Shown: positions 50,116-62,879 of the stretch, piece after piece
Layout: each line of letters opens with the position of its first letter
Position numbering within the stretch: position 1 is the first letter of the stretch
NCBI RefSeq assembly: GCF_006345805.1
Contig: NC_042998.1
Location: 50,530,001 to 50,594,000 of the forward strand
Direction: 5' to 3'
Length of the DNA stretch: 64,000 nt
Source: Octopus sinensis
Taxonomy: Eukaryota
Notes under the pieces: model-generated
Database searches by the model: none
What the model was told of the DNA's origin: nothing
The model's input: the letters and a program-made list of their open reading frames with translations, nothing else
Made by a program: the position numbers and the translations under genes

Positions 50116-50214
50116 GATATAATCGCCCCACGGATTTTTATGGATAACACCATACAAAATTCTGGTGCATCTAAATTAAGTACCATATTCATTTGAATCT
50201 AAATTTTTGCTGAA

Positions 50215-50268
<54 letters not shown>

Positions 50269-50364
50269 TACAGTGTACATTTAAACACGTCATAGGACAT
50301 CCTTACGCTAGAAGGAACAGCTAAAGTCCTTTCTTAAAGATGCAACGTTTTAATTATATATATA

Positions 50365-50723
50365 TTACGGAGATGTACTTGCATAGCAAGTGACCAGATC
50401 GTGTGCTGGAACGAAAACAACTGCAGCGTGGAAGGTGTTTATAAGCCATTTAAGAAACACAGAAAAAACGTTAGATCACTTCAACATTTAAGTTTAATTT
50501 GTCAAAATATTTTCGTCGCTTTGAGACCTCGACCTGTTCACTGACAAAATTCCGTGCTGTATCAGATGCATCAGATGCATCACGGAATTTTGTCAGTGAA
50601 CAGGTCGCGGTCTTATAGCGACGAAAATATTTTGACAAATTGAATTTAAATGTTGAAGTGAATCTAACGGTTTTTGTGTGTTTCTTAAATGGCTTATAAA
50701 CACCTTCCACGCTACAATTGTTT
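50365..50723. mobile_element. Penelope-like fold-back cassette
   Basis: Arms ~50415-50557 and 50581-50723; (TA)n flanks; same family as 31640-31842. Confidence 0.8.
50589..50639 (+). ncRNA. Minimal type I HHR-like motif with G3-C8 swapped core; mirror copy on - at 50498-50548
   Basis: tttgtca GTGAACA g gtcgc ggtcttata gcgac GAAA atat T T tgacaaa. Confidence 0.7.
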
Positions 50724-50734
50724 ATATATATATA

Positions 50735-50812
50735 TATAATGACAATTTAACAAATAAACATTGCATACATACATATATGTACATACCTACATCTATATGT
50801 ATATATACATGC

Positions 50813-50857
<45 letters not shown>

Positions 50858-51905
50858 GAGTACAAGACACCACAAATAAACGTAGAACACAACGAGAAAC
50901 GAAACATGAAAAAAACAAGGAAACGGACTTTTTTAACAACGAAAAAACAGGGTACAAGACAAACAATACAAGGAATATTCCCCTTCATTAGCTGCCCCGG
51001 TTCGACTCTATGCGTGTTTCGAAGGTAAGGGCAGAACACGATCCGACCGAAGCAGTCCTTCCTGCAAAATGAATTAAATAAAATTCTTTTGCAGAGGGGT
51101 GTACATATAGATGTAGGTATATATAGATGTACATATAGATGTATGTATGTATGTATGTATGTATGTGTATGTATGTATGTATGTATGTATGTATGTATGT
51201 ATGCATATGTTTTATTTGTTAAATTGTTATTATATGACTGAGCACCTCGCGTCGTTTCTTTTCCTCCAAGTAAGTTTTTATATATGATTATAACCCTTTA
51301 CTTGACCTTTCCTTCCTGTCTGTCTTCCTCTCTACCGTCTCTCTCCTTCTTATTTTTCACCCTTTCTGGTTTCTTTTCCTCTCTATCTCTCTCTCTCACA
51401 CTCCTCCTCCTCTCTCTGACCCTTGCTGACTGAACTACTAACTTTCTTTTGCTCGTAGGTTTCAACAAGTCAACATCGCCTTCTCCTGTCTCTAGCAGTC
51501 GATTTTCTGAATTTGCCCTCCAACGAATTTTCCCACCGTCTAGGCTTAAAAAGGCCCTCAATGTTGGTTTCCTTGTCCTGTTTTTATTCTTTATGTGTAC
51601 TATATTTTTATTTGTATTGCTTTTACGTCCTGTTCTTGTCACTTTTTTTCTTTCCTTTTTTTACCCCTCTGCAAAAGAATTTTATTTAATTCATTTTGCA
51701 GGAAGGACTGCATCGGCCGGATCGTGTTCTGCCCTTACCTTCGAAACACGCATTGAGTCGAACCAGGGGCAGCTGATGAAGGGGAATATTCCTTGTATTG
51801 TTTGTCTTGTAACCTGTTTTTCGTTGTTAAAAAAAGTCCGCTTCCTTGTTTGTTTTTATGTTTTCGTTTCTCGTTGTGTTCTACGTTTATTTGTGTTCTA
51901 CGTTT
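50735..51905. mobile_element. Inverted partial tandem related to the 840-bp array unit (PLE-like architecture)
   Basis: 50857-51105 is inverted at 51655-51905, and ~50735-50810 is inverted at ~51105-51235. Motifs are shared with the array unit. Confidence 0.7.
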
Positions 51906-52706
51906 ATACTGAAATTTTTAGAAATAGCAGCCAAAAAGTTTTTTTAGCCATTTCTACTACTTTAAGAAAAGTCTCCCAGATAGTGTTTCAGTATGTGGCA
52001 AAGTAAATTATTTTACTGAGCCCTAATTATATAACGTAATATTTTGAATATGCCTTGAATGGTCCTTTTACATACTGAACACTACTTGGTGAAATTAATT
52101 AATAATTAATTGATTTTACCCTTTATTATTGATAATACAATTCCTTTCTCCCTGTCCTTTACTGCGGTTCTCACCGTTATAATCTGTTTACTCTATAACT
52201 CACGTGGATGGAAGCGGGAAGAACATGAATTTTCACTCGTACTGTTTGAATTTGCTGGCACTGGCAGTTTGGAGATGTTTGTCTGAGGTGATTCATATCG
52301 GACGGGTATGTTCAATTTTTTTGTGCTTTCAAATCCAAATTAAGAAATGTTGAGCTGGCGAAAGAAATGTCGAGTTTTAATTCGACTAATCTAGAAACGT
52401 GAGCGTTCTCAAATAATCTTTGTACATGTGATATTTTGCTATTTTCCTTCCATATCTACGTGAATTATTTTTGAGTAAACACTATCTGGGAGACTTTTCT
52501 TAAAGTAGTAGAAATGGCAAAAAAAAAACGTTTTGGCTGCTATTTCTAAAAATTTCAGTATGTGGCAAAGTAAATTATTTTACTGAGCCCTAATTATATA
52601 ACGTAATATTTTGAATATGCCTTGAATGGTCCTTTTACATACTGAACACTACTTGGTGAAATTAATAATAATTAATTGATTTTACCACCCTTTATTATTG
52701 ATAATA
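51906..52706 (+). mobile_element. Penelope-like cassette with direct repeat plus inversion
   Basis: 51986-52136 is repeated at 52553-52706, and 51906-51988 is inverted at 52478-52562. Same family as 1281-1647. Confidence 0.75.
52350..52412 (+). ncRNA. Degenerate type I HHR (A6G)
   Basis: ttgag CTGGCGA aaga aat gtcgag ttttaa ttcgac taa tcta GAAA cgtgagcg T T ctcaa. Confidence 0.55.
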
Positions 52707-52857
52707 TATATATACGACATGTTTCTTTCATTTCCGTCTACCAAATTCACACACAAGGCTTTGGTCGGCCCGAGGCTGTATTAGAAGACATTTGCCCACG
52801 GCACCACACAGGGGAACTAATATATATATATATAATATAATATATATATATATATTA

Positions 52858-52917
<60 letters not shown>

Positions 52918-53124
52918 TATATTCGATTAATAATAGTATTTTACACTCTTAGAGCTTATAAGCGACTGTTTTTTCTTTAGTCATTGCACGGTGATTCTTA
53001 TAAGCTTTAAGCTTATAAAATATTCTTCCTGTTATCATTATTATTATTTATTTATATATATATATTATATATATATATATATATAATATATATTATATAT
53101 ATATTAATATATATATTAATATAT

Positions 53125-53278
53125 AGGCGCAGGTGTGACTGTGTGGTAAGTAGCTTGCTTACCAACCACATGGTTTCGGGTTCAGTCTCACTGCGTGGCC
53201 ACCTTGGGCAAGTGTCTTTAGCCTCGGGCCGACCAAGCCTTGTGAGTGATTGGTAGATGGAAACTGAAAGAGGCCGTC

Positions 53279-53318
<40 letters not shown>

Positions 53319-53525
53319 TATGTCTGTATGTTTTGTGTCTGTGCTTGTCCCCCCAACATCGCTTGACAACCGCTGCCGTGTGCTTGCGTCCCCATAACTT
53401 AGCGGTTCGGCAAAAAAAACCCGATAGAGTAAGAAAAAGTCCTGGGATCGATTTGCTCGACTAAAGGCGGTGCTCCAGCATGGCCGCAGTCAAATGGACT
53501 GAAACAAGTAAAAGAGTAAAGAGTA
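53125..53525 (+). mobile_element. SINE family B, near full length
   Basis: taggcgcaggtgtgactgtgtggtaag head through the gactgaaacaagtaaaagag tail. Confidence 0.85.
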
Positions 53526-53839
53526 AGAGTATATATATATATATAAACGAGTATCTTTCAGTTTCCGTGTACCAAATTCACTCACAAGTCTTTCGATGGC
53601 CCGAGGTTATAGTATAAGATGCTTGCCCCAAGATGCTATGTACCATGTGCTTGAGAAGTAAACTTCTTACCACTCAACCACGCGCGCGCGCGCACACACA
53701 CACACATGTTTATGCAATATGTATTTGTTTATGGAACATAAACATTGTGTGCGCGCGTGCGTGTGTAAGGGGGTGTGTTAGACATAAATGTATATAAACG
53801 TGCGAGCTAGCGTGCACGCATATACATACATACATACAT

Positions 53840-53870
<31 letters not shown>

Positions 53871-54635
53871 CATATACATACATACATACATACATACATA
53901 CATACATACATACACACATACATACATACATATACATACATATATATTTATGGAATACAATGGAAAATTGGAGAAAAAATAATGGAAAGCATCAGGGGAA
54001 ATAAATTCTTATCGATTTGTCTGAAATTGGTAGTTCTCAAATTTAGAAGGGAGAGCTATAATAATATCGACTAAATCAGTAGCAACATTATATTGATATT
54101 TGCTTTATCGACGCCATCCAGATGAAAGATACGGTCCACATGGGCAGGATTTTAATCGGAAAGCGGAGGTCAATAAATTGGAGTACTATGAGGAATCTCT
54201 TCTCAAGTTCTTTCATAACATTTAGCCGCGTGTGTCTTGGGGATTGTTTCGTTTTTGCATTTTGTTTTTTGTTTGTTTTTCTCCATGAGCATAGATGTGA
54301 AGTATAAGATATTTTAAAAAAAAAGATGGTGTTGTGTAATTTCCTAGCTGTCTCCTCCGTTTCTTCAACCGAAGCATGTAAAACGCGTTGCGTAGCACAT
54401 TGATTGCACTAAAATTTCGATTAAATTTCCGTTTAGACTATTGTTCGCAAATAAATAAAACACTGAGAGGAGATTAATAACTATGCCAGCTACACGGAAA
54501 ACAATGCTTAAGTTAGTGTTAACATATTTAGTGCGATAGAGCATTACAAAAACCTGATTGACAATAATTATGCAATAGGAAAAGTGAAGAGTGCTTTGTT
54601 CACTAATATCTATATTTCAATAATTTCTGTAAGTA

Positions 54636-55620
54636 TGGTGACGAGCTGGCAGAAACATTAGCACACCGGGCGAAATGCTTTGCGGTATTTCGTCTGCCGT
54701 TACGTTCTGCGTTCAAATTCCGCCGAGGTCGACTTTGCCTTTCATCCTTTCGGAGTCGATAAATTAAGTAGCAGTTACGCACTGGGGTCGATACAATCGA
54801 CTTCATCCGTTTGTCTGTCCTTGTTTGTCCTCTCTGTGAAATAGAAATAGGTATTTCGTCTGCCGTTACGTTCTGAGATCAAATTCCGCCGAGGTCAACT
54901 TTGCCTTTCATCTTTTCGAGGTCGATTAAATAAGTACCAGTTACGCACTGATGTCGATATAATCGACTTAATCCGTTTGTCTGTCCTTGTTTGTCCCCTC
55001 TTTGTGTAGCCCCTTGTGGGCAGTAAAGATATCAGAATCGTTAGCACACCGGGAGAAATGCTTAGCGGTGTTTCGTCTTCCGTTACGAGTTCAAATTCTG
55101 CTGAGGTCGACTTTGTCTTCCATACTTTCGGGGTCTATTAAATAAGTTACCAGTTACGCACTAGGGCTGGTGTAATCGACTTACTTCCTTTGTCTGTCCT
55201 TGTTTGTCTCCTCTATGTTTAGCTTCCTGGGAGCAATGAAGAAATATATAATTTCCGTAATTAAGGCGGCGAGCTGGCAGAAATGTTAGCATGCCGGCGA
55301 AATGCTTTGCGGTATTTCGTCTGCCGCTACGTTCTGAGTTCAAATTCCGCCGAGGTAGACTTTGCCTTTCATCCTTTCGGGATCGATTAAATAAATACCA
55401 GTTACGCACTGGGGTCGATATAATCGACTTAATCCGTTTGTCTGTCCTTGTTTGTCCTCTCTATGTTTAGCGCCTTGTGGGTAGTTAAGATATAGGTATT
55501 TCGTCTGCCGCTACGTTCTGAGTTCAAATTCCGCCGAGGTCAACTTTGCCTTTCATCCTTTCGGGGTCGATTAAATAAGACCAGTAACGCACTGGAATCG
55601 ATATAATCGACTTAATCCGT
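54636..55620 (+). mobile_element. Tandem array of ~5 SINE family A1 units
   Basis: Units restart near 54636, 54851, 55032, 55263 and 55496; ends in (att)n. Confidence 0.9.
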
Positions 55621-55628
55621 ATTATTTA

Positions 55629-55682
<54 letters not shown>

Positions 55683-56249
55683 GTACATTGCTTGCGAACT
55701 AATTTTGTTATGTTTACGTCCCCATAAATTAGCAGCTTTCACAAAAGAGACCGATTGAATGAGTACATGGGGTCGATGCTACTCGATTCCTTTATGCGAA
55801 GCCTACAAGATTTAGTTAAAAAATTTTGCTGATGACACTCCCTGGACCCTAAGTAAGGCATGTGTAAAATTTGAATGAAATTGGTTGTATAGTTCTCAAG
55901 TTTTAGGGACACACAGACACACATTCTCAGTTTTTATATATAAAAGATATCTATATATAATATACAAAATATATTATATATATATATATATAATATATAT
56001 ATATATATTATATATATATACGTATATATACATATATATATACATATATACATATATAATATATATGTGTGTGTATATATGTATATACACACTCATATAT
56101 GTATACATCCATATGTATGTATGTAGGTATGTGTGTATGTGTGTATGTATATATATTTATATATAATTATTTCTAGCCCACTCTGTATATATGCACATTG
56201 CATGCAAATCACACAGACATATGTGTGTGTATGCATATACACCCCATGT

Positions 56250-56740
56250 TTGCCAGTGCGCATTTTTTTCATATTTGTTTACTACATGTTGTTGTATATC
56301 TATTACACTATTAAAAAAAAATTCTTTTTGGTTGTGGTGATACGACTCGGAACATTCACGATGGAAATTTTTCGATTCCCCTCCCCCGTTCGCGAGCGCG
56401 CATTTTTTTTCATATTCGTTTACTACATGTTGTTTTATACCTATTACACTATTAGTTTTTTCTTGTTTCTGCTTGGATCAAACACTGGAGTTTAAAGATC
56501 AAGGTTTGACGATGTGAATTTTCCGAGTCCTCTCCCCCATTCCCCGTTCGCGAGCGCGCATTTTTTTTTTCATATTTGTTTATAGCAAGTTGTTTTACGC
56601 CTATTACACTCTTTTTGTTTTTGATTTTGGTTGTTGTGTGAACTTTTCGAGTCCTTTCCTCCACCCCTCGTTCGCTAGCACGCATTTTGTTTTCATATTC
56701 GTTTAGAGCAAGTTGTTTTATACCTATTACACTATTTTTT
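56250..56740. repeat. Degenerate tandem repeat, ~125-160 bp period, ~4 units
   Basis: cccgttcgcgagcgcgcattttttttcatatt.gttta....gttgtttta...ctattacact recurs near 56255, 56391, 56549 and 56673. Confidence 0.8.
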
Positions 56741-57129
56741 TATTTTTTTATTTTTGCTCGGGTTAAATAAACCCTTTAGTTTGACCAATTTTTGTGCTAA
56801 CTTTTATGGAGTATTATGTAACTATAAAAGTCTTTGTAGGATACAAAGGTTCACGTTTGCCGTTGAAATGCGATTAGTTTTGTGTCGATGTGTTGGTTTT
56901 TAATTCTTCTGATCCGTTTCTACCAATGCTGTTCATTCGCCAGAAGTTCCCACTTATACGTGTTGATGCTACACGCTTTTTCAAATTTCCTTTAAATGTG
57001 TCAATGAAACTTTCCCTTGTCCGCCTCCCGTACACTTTTCTTCATTCAGCTGAGAATAAAATATTTGTTTGAGCAATGAATGGCTTTCTATCTGCACGAC
57101 ATGGCCAATCCATCGAAGGTGATGTCTTA

Positions 57130-57545
57130 TAATACTCTCTTTTTTACTCTTTTGCTTGTTTCAGTCATTTGACTGCGGCCATGCTGGAGCACCGCCTTTA
57201 ATCGAGCAACTCGACCCCGGGACTTATTCTTTGTAAGCCCAGTACTTATTCTATCGGTCTCTTTTGCCGAACCGCTAAGTGACGGGGACATAAACACACC
57301 AGCATCGGTTGTCAAGCAATGCTAGAGGGACAGACGCACAAACACACACACATACACATACATACATATATATACATATATACGACGGGCTTCTTTCAGT
57401 TTCCGTCTACCAAATCCACTCACAAGGCTTTGGTCGGCCCGAGGCTATAGTAGAAGACACTTGCCCAGGGTGCCACGCAGTGGGACTGAACCCGGAACCA
57501 TGTGGTTGGTAAACAAGCTACTTACCACACAGCCACTCCTGCGCC
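57130..57545 (-). mobile_element. SINE family B, full length and young-looking
   Basis: Reverse complement of the complete family B consensus. Confidence 0.9.
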
Positions 57546-58806
57546 ATACTTGATTTAATCGCTAGGGAAATTAGCTTGCTGACATTCCTTCATTTTCGTC
57601 TACCAATGAGAATCATTTCCTTATTTTCCTTACACATCTTTACTAGTATGTCTGCATCCTATTACAATGTCGTCTATCTAGAGTTCACAGTTGTAAAGAA
57701 AATAATGCCTAACAATTGCCTTATATGCTATAAGTCTTGTGGATGTTTCAGCTCATGATCTTCATATATTCGTCGTCTCGGGTGACTGAAGGCTGCGTTA
57801 GGACATTTTAATTCGTGTTAGATCTCTTCATAAATATCTGTGTTTTGTGATAGGTGACTTACCAGATTTTGAAAGCGCTCTATGTTTTCTGCTCTTTGTC
57901 CATCTAGCCGAATGGTTTTACTAGGTTCCTAATTGCTTGTTGCTTGGTGATGCAAACTTTAGTTTGCTTATATGTTTGCATGTATGTATACATGTCTATG
58001 ACTATGTTTGTGTGCCTGTGTGTATACGTGTTGTGCGTGCGTGCGTGCGTGCGTGTGTTAATGTGAAAATGTGAAGATCGCTTTGAAAATGGAGGTGATG
58101 GAAACATCGTGTAAGATAATATAAAAAGGAAAGAATTAGAGGAGAGTAGAATGCAAGAAAGATATCGTGAAGAGGGGAAAATAAAGAGGAAAGCAAGGTA
58201 AAGGAGGAAGAAGGAGAAAAAGAGACGGATGGAGAAGAGGACAAGCGGTTTGAAACAGAGAAAGGTGAAAATGGATAGAAATGCAGTGAGAGCAAAGCGT
58301 ACATAATGCATTGATCAGTAAAAGACAAGAAAAAAAAATAAGAACAAGAAGTACTGAAAGGAATAGAGTTGTTCTTATAACAAAAGGCGAGGTGATGTAA
58401 ATTGGGTTGTAAAACAGAAAGACAAACGACTCAACAGAGAAACGTAAAAAGCTTTTAAAGAATTGATAAGCAGGATTCCGCGTTAATAACGGTCGTGTTT
58501 CGGCTTCTTACATTTCTAACATTTCACATTAACTTTCCGATGTGCATCGTCTTAAGTCGCTTGTATCTTGTGTCTTGTATCAATCTAGTCAGACACACGC
58601 CAGTTGCTTGCTGCTATTATGGCGTCCTGGCTGCCGTGAAAAGGTTCCATTTTTCTTTTTTTTTTGTTTTCTGTTTTCTGTTTTCTTTCTTTTTTTTTTT
58701 TTTGCTTTTTACCAATCATTTTTTTTTTCTCATTTTCTCCCCACCACACCTTCTCTCACTCTCCTCTTTCTCATATATTATAGTTCCACTTCTGGTTTTC
58801 TCTCAT

Positions 58807-58864
<58 letters not shown>

Positions 58865-59418
58865 GCTCTCTCTTCTCTTTCGGGGGGAAAGCATGGTGGG
58901 ATTTGATTATATCCTTGTTGTTATAATGATTGTTGTTGTTGTTATTGTTGTTATAGTTGATTGCATTGTTGTTTTTTTTTCTCATTCCTGCTAACATTCA
59001 AAATTCTCTGTTCTTTTTTTTAAATATAACCTCATCCACACACTCTCTCTCTCTCCCTCTCCCCTTCTCCTCTCTCTTTCTACTACTCTATATTCATCAC
59101 TAACATTTTCCCTCCTACTCCTCTCCTTTTTCCCGCTCTCCTCCGTTTTGGATGGATAAGTCGCTGCTGCCATATTAGATGGATAACAACCTTAATATGG
59201 CTTCTCATGCTATATTTCATTCTCTTTTTTTTTTTCTATACTCTCCCCTACGGAAATATCTGTACGAGAGGCACAATGCATAAGCATGTTAGCATATGTG
59301 TATATGCTCAATGTGTATAGGAATGCGGCAGTGAATGTAAGATCGTATTTGAGAGCGTATTTTGCATGTATGTAATTATTTATGACTAAGGTATACACGA
59401 GAAAAGCGTGCATGTATG

Positions 59419-59449
<31 letters not shown>

Positions 59450-59610
59450 TATATATATTATATATATATTATATTATATATATGTATATATATGTGCGTG
59501 TTATATATATATATATGGTGTGTGTGTATATATATATATATAATATAATATATATATAATTATATATATGTGTGTACATATATATATGTGTGTGTGTATA
59601 TATATATATG

Positions 59611-59642
<32 letters not shown>

Positions 59643-60015
59643 AATACATATGTATGTATAACTATGTGTATGCGGCGGAATATGGGTGTGTGCAATTGTT
59701 ACTCTTTTCTCGTTACTGTTAATGCTTTTATTTTACGTAGTGTCTTTTTTATTGTTGTTATTGTTGTATTCGCTACCGTTCATGCTTGTACTGCCATTTT
59801 TCTTGCACTTGTGAAAAGGGTTTCATTTTTCTTTCTTGTCTTTTTTTTACATTCTTTTATTTATTTATTTATTTATTTGTATTATTCTTGCGATACTTGT
59901 GGTTCTTCTTGTTGCATTGATATTCATTATATTTATATATATATATTTATGTTGTTTTTTTTCTTTTTTTCATTTTAGTTGATTATTTTATTTATTTATT
60001 TCTTGCCATTGTCAT

Positions 60016-60054
<39 letters not shown>

Positions 60055-60294
60055 CTTTCTCTCAAGGAATTCATTGTTTTAAATAGTTTCCACTCCCTTC
60101 TACCTCTTTCCTTTCTCTGTCCCTCCCTCTCTCATTTACACTCTTTCATTTGCTCTCTCACTCTCTCTCTTTCTCTCTCTTAAACTTGATCTTTACAGGA
60201 AATATTTGGAATTTTACCTAATTGATTAGCGGAAAGTCGAACAAGGAAACGAGGAAAAAGGTAATTTATGTGCATGCTATCGAAGCCAGTACCA

Positions 60295-60295
60295 C

Positions 60296-60343
<48 letters not shown>

Positions 60344-60377
60344 CATTATTATTATTATTTTATTATTATTATTATTA

Positions 60378-60411
<34 letters not shown>

Positions 60412-60450
60412 CATTATTATTATTCTATTATTATTATTATTATTATTATC
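60295..60450. repeat. (ATT)n microsatellite
   Basis: Direct reading. Confidence 0.95.
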
Positions 60451-61914
60451 ATTATTCGCTGTTGCCCTACTTAGACGTGTTTTTACCTCGTCTACTCAGA
60501 AAGGTAATAACAAAGCTTTTGGGGAATTTCGAAGTCTGTCCATGCAAGATGTAGTAGATCAAAGGGTGCCAGCAAAATTCCTGGTACTTTGTGTAACTGG
60601 TGTCGCTAAGGTGAAACCCTCAAGACAAAAACAAAAACTAAAAGAGGATTAAAAGAAAAAAAGTAATGAATAAATAAAAGCAAAAAGCTGAAGGTGTGTG
60701 TATGTGTGGAGAGGGGAAGCGTGTGTGTGTGTTTGTGTGAAAATATATAAAGAATTTGTGGTCAGAATTTTAGATCAAACTGGCTTTTGGGAGTGGCTGA
60801 TAGGCATGTATTTGTGCATGTGTGTGTATGTATGGGTATGTTTGTATGTATATGATTGCGTGTGTTACCGTTTTGAATTCCTTTCTGTGATTGAACTTAA
60901 ATTGACCTCTGACTATTAAAAACCCAACCTCACACACACAATTTGTTTGAAGTTTTGTACCCATTTGAACTACGGCTATACACCAGATAACATGGTAAGT
61001 CTTATGTTCTGAATTAAAATTTTGAATTTGTTTTAATTATAAATTTACACCCCAGCTAAAAACACATCTTTTTTGTTTTGGAAAACAGAACCTTTTCTTT
61101 CACTTTCTATATTTTTTATTAAGTTAGAATTCCTCTGCTTTGGTCACGATTTTCCAATTTCCTGTATCAAACAATGGACAGAAGAATGTTTTTTAAATTA
61201 AATTCATACAACCGAACAAAATCAAAAATATTCATTTTAATCATAATGATGGAGAGGAGTAAACATTTCCCTTTCCTTAATACTAACAAGAGTATAATAT
61301 GAGGAAGATTTGGCTGTTATTTCTAGCAAATTGAACAACCACACAGAGAGTACCCCATTGGTTCATTTGTTGATGTGTATAGGTAAACAAAAACTAACGG
61401 TAAACAGACACTAGTCAAGACACAGACACACATACACACACCCACACATTTATATATATAAATGGGCGGAATTATGATGTAAGCACGTGCTAAAACCCCT
61501 CATAACTTTTGTATTTTTACGAATTTTTACAAATTTCTTTTCGATTCTGTCTTCTGCATAATAGAATTGATATGATTATGCAATCCCAACCCCAAAGAGT
61601 ACCAAAGAGTACTCTTTCGAAAGACAACGCGTTGATCTCATAAGTGTCGCGTGGTGGAAATAAATGCAATTACCAAACTTTCGATTCATTATTTGGTTTT
61701 TATTTTGTTGTTGTTTTTTGCATTTCAATTTGTACATCTGTACTCCCAACTGCGTACAGTGCATATATAAAACGACGTCCTATATTTTTAATTATTATCA
61801 GCTGATATCAAGATAAGTAGAATATTGAAAAATAAGAACATTTTCTAGGGGGCCATTTGTGACTCCAAGGGTCCAAAAGGGCATTTGGCTAAAATGGGTT
61901 GAGAACCTTTGGCG

Positions 61915-61916
<2 letters not shown>

Positions 61917-61969
<53 letters not shown>

Positions 61970-62320
61970 GATAGATAGGATAGATAGACCGACAGATGGA
62001 CAGACAAACAGATGGACAGACAGACGGCAGACAGGCTACAGATAAATAGGTGGGTGGTTGGATAGATGGATGGATGGGTAGGTGGATAGGTATCTATGTA
62101 GGTAGGTCGGTTTGTATGTATGTATGTAAGTAGGTAGGTAGGTAAGTATGTATGTATTATGTAGGTAGGTTGGTAGGTAGGTAGGTAGGTAGGTAGGTAG
62201 GTAGGTAGGTAGGTAGGTAGGTAGGTAGGTATGTAGGTAGGTAGGTAGGTTTGGTAGGTAGGTAGGTAGGTAGGTAGGTAGGTAGGTAGGTAGGTAGGTA
62301 GGTAGGTAGGTAGGTAGGTA
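61917..62320. repeat. (GATA)n and (GGTA)n tetranucleotide block
   Basis: Direct reading. Confidence 0.95.
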
Positions 62321-62546
62321 GCCCCTTGTGGGCAGTAAAGAAATTAGAAACGTTAGCACGCCGGGCGAAATGCTTAATGGCATTTCGTCTGTCTTTATGT
62401 TCTGAATTCAAATTCCGCTGAGGTCGACTTTGCTTTCATCCTTTCGAGGTCAATAAATTAAGTACCAGTTGCGTACTGGGGACGATATAATCGACTGGGA
62501 CCCTCCCCCAAAATTTCGGGCCTTGTGCCTAGAGTAGAAAAGAATT
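62320..62546 (+). mobile_element. SINE family A (A1 tail remnant followed by an A2 unit)
   Basis: gccccttgtgggcagtaaagaaatt joined to agaaacgttagcacg..ccccaaaatttcgggccttgtgcctagagtagaaa. Confidence 0.8.
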
Positions 62547-62830
62547 TAAATACCCTTCAGTTTCTTAGTATTCTCTGCTCATTGTACCGAGTATACCTGT
62601 TACCATGGGAACAGTTTTCCCTTTTGTATTCCACATCTGTTCCAGAAGAGCGGGCAAAAACTAAAAGATTTCGTGGGTGGAGGGTATAATTCCAACAGTC
62701 CATAGACTTATCGTTGTATCTAGGGATGGTCGTGTTGCCAGATTAGCCAATAAAAACACACGCACTATATATTTGGTGTTAATTTACTTCAACTTTATTT
62801 TGTTTTTACATTAATCGGCTAGAGTATTTC

Positions 62831-62875
62831 GGCCAGAGTTCTTTCGTCACACTTCTGTGACCTCATCAGTGGTCC
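62831..62875 (-). ncRNA. Minimal type I hammerhead ribozyme
   Basis: ggacca CTGATGA g gtcaca gaag tgtgac GAAA g aa c T C tggcc. Confidence 0.75.
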
Positions 62876-62879
62876 TTTG

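Noticed and set aside
52070-52115. ctgaaca..gaaa-ttaat as a second HHR
   Set aside because: C3-C8 mismatch, no real stem II and no stem I pairing.
61590-61645. 9-bp stem followed by GAAA and a palindrome (caacgcgttg)
   Set aside because: No CUGANGA-like core upstream; probably a structured end of another repeat.
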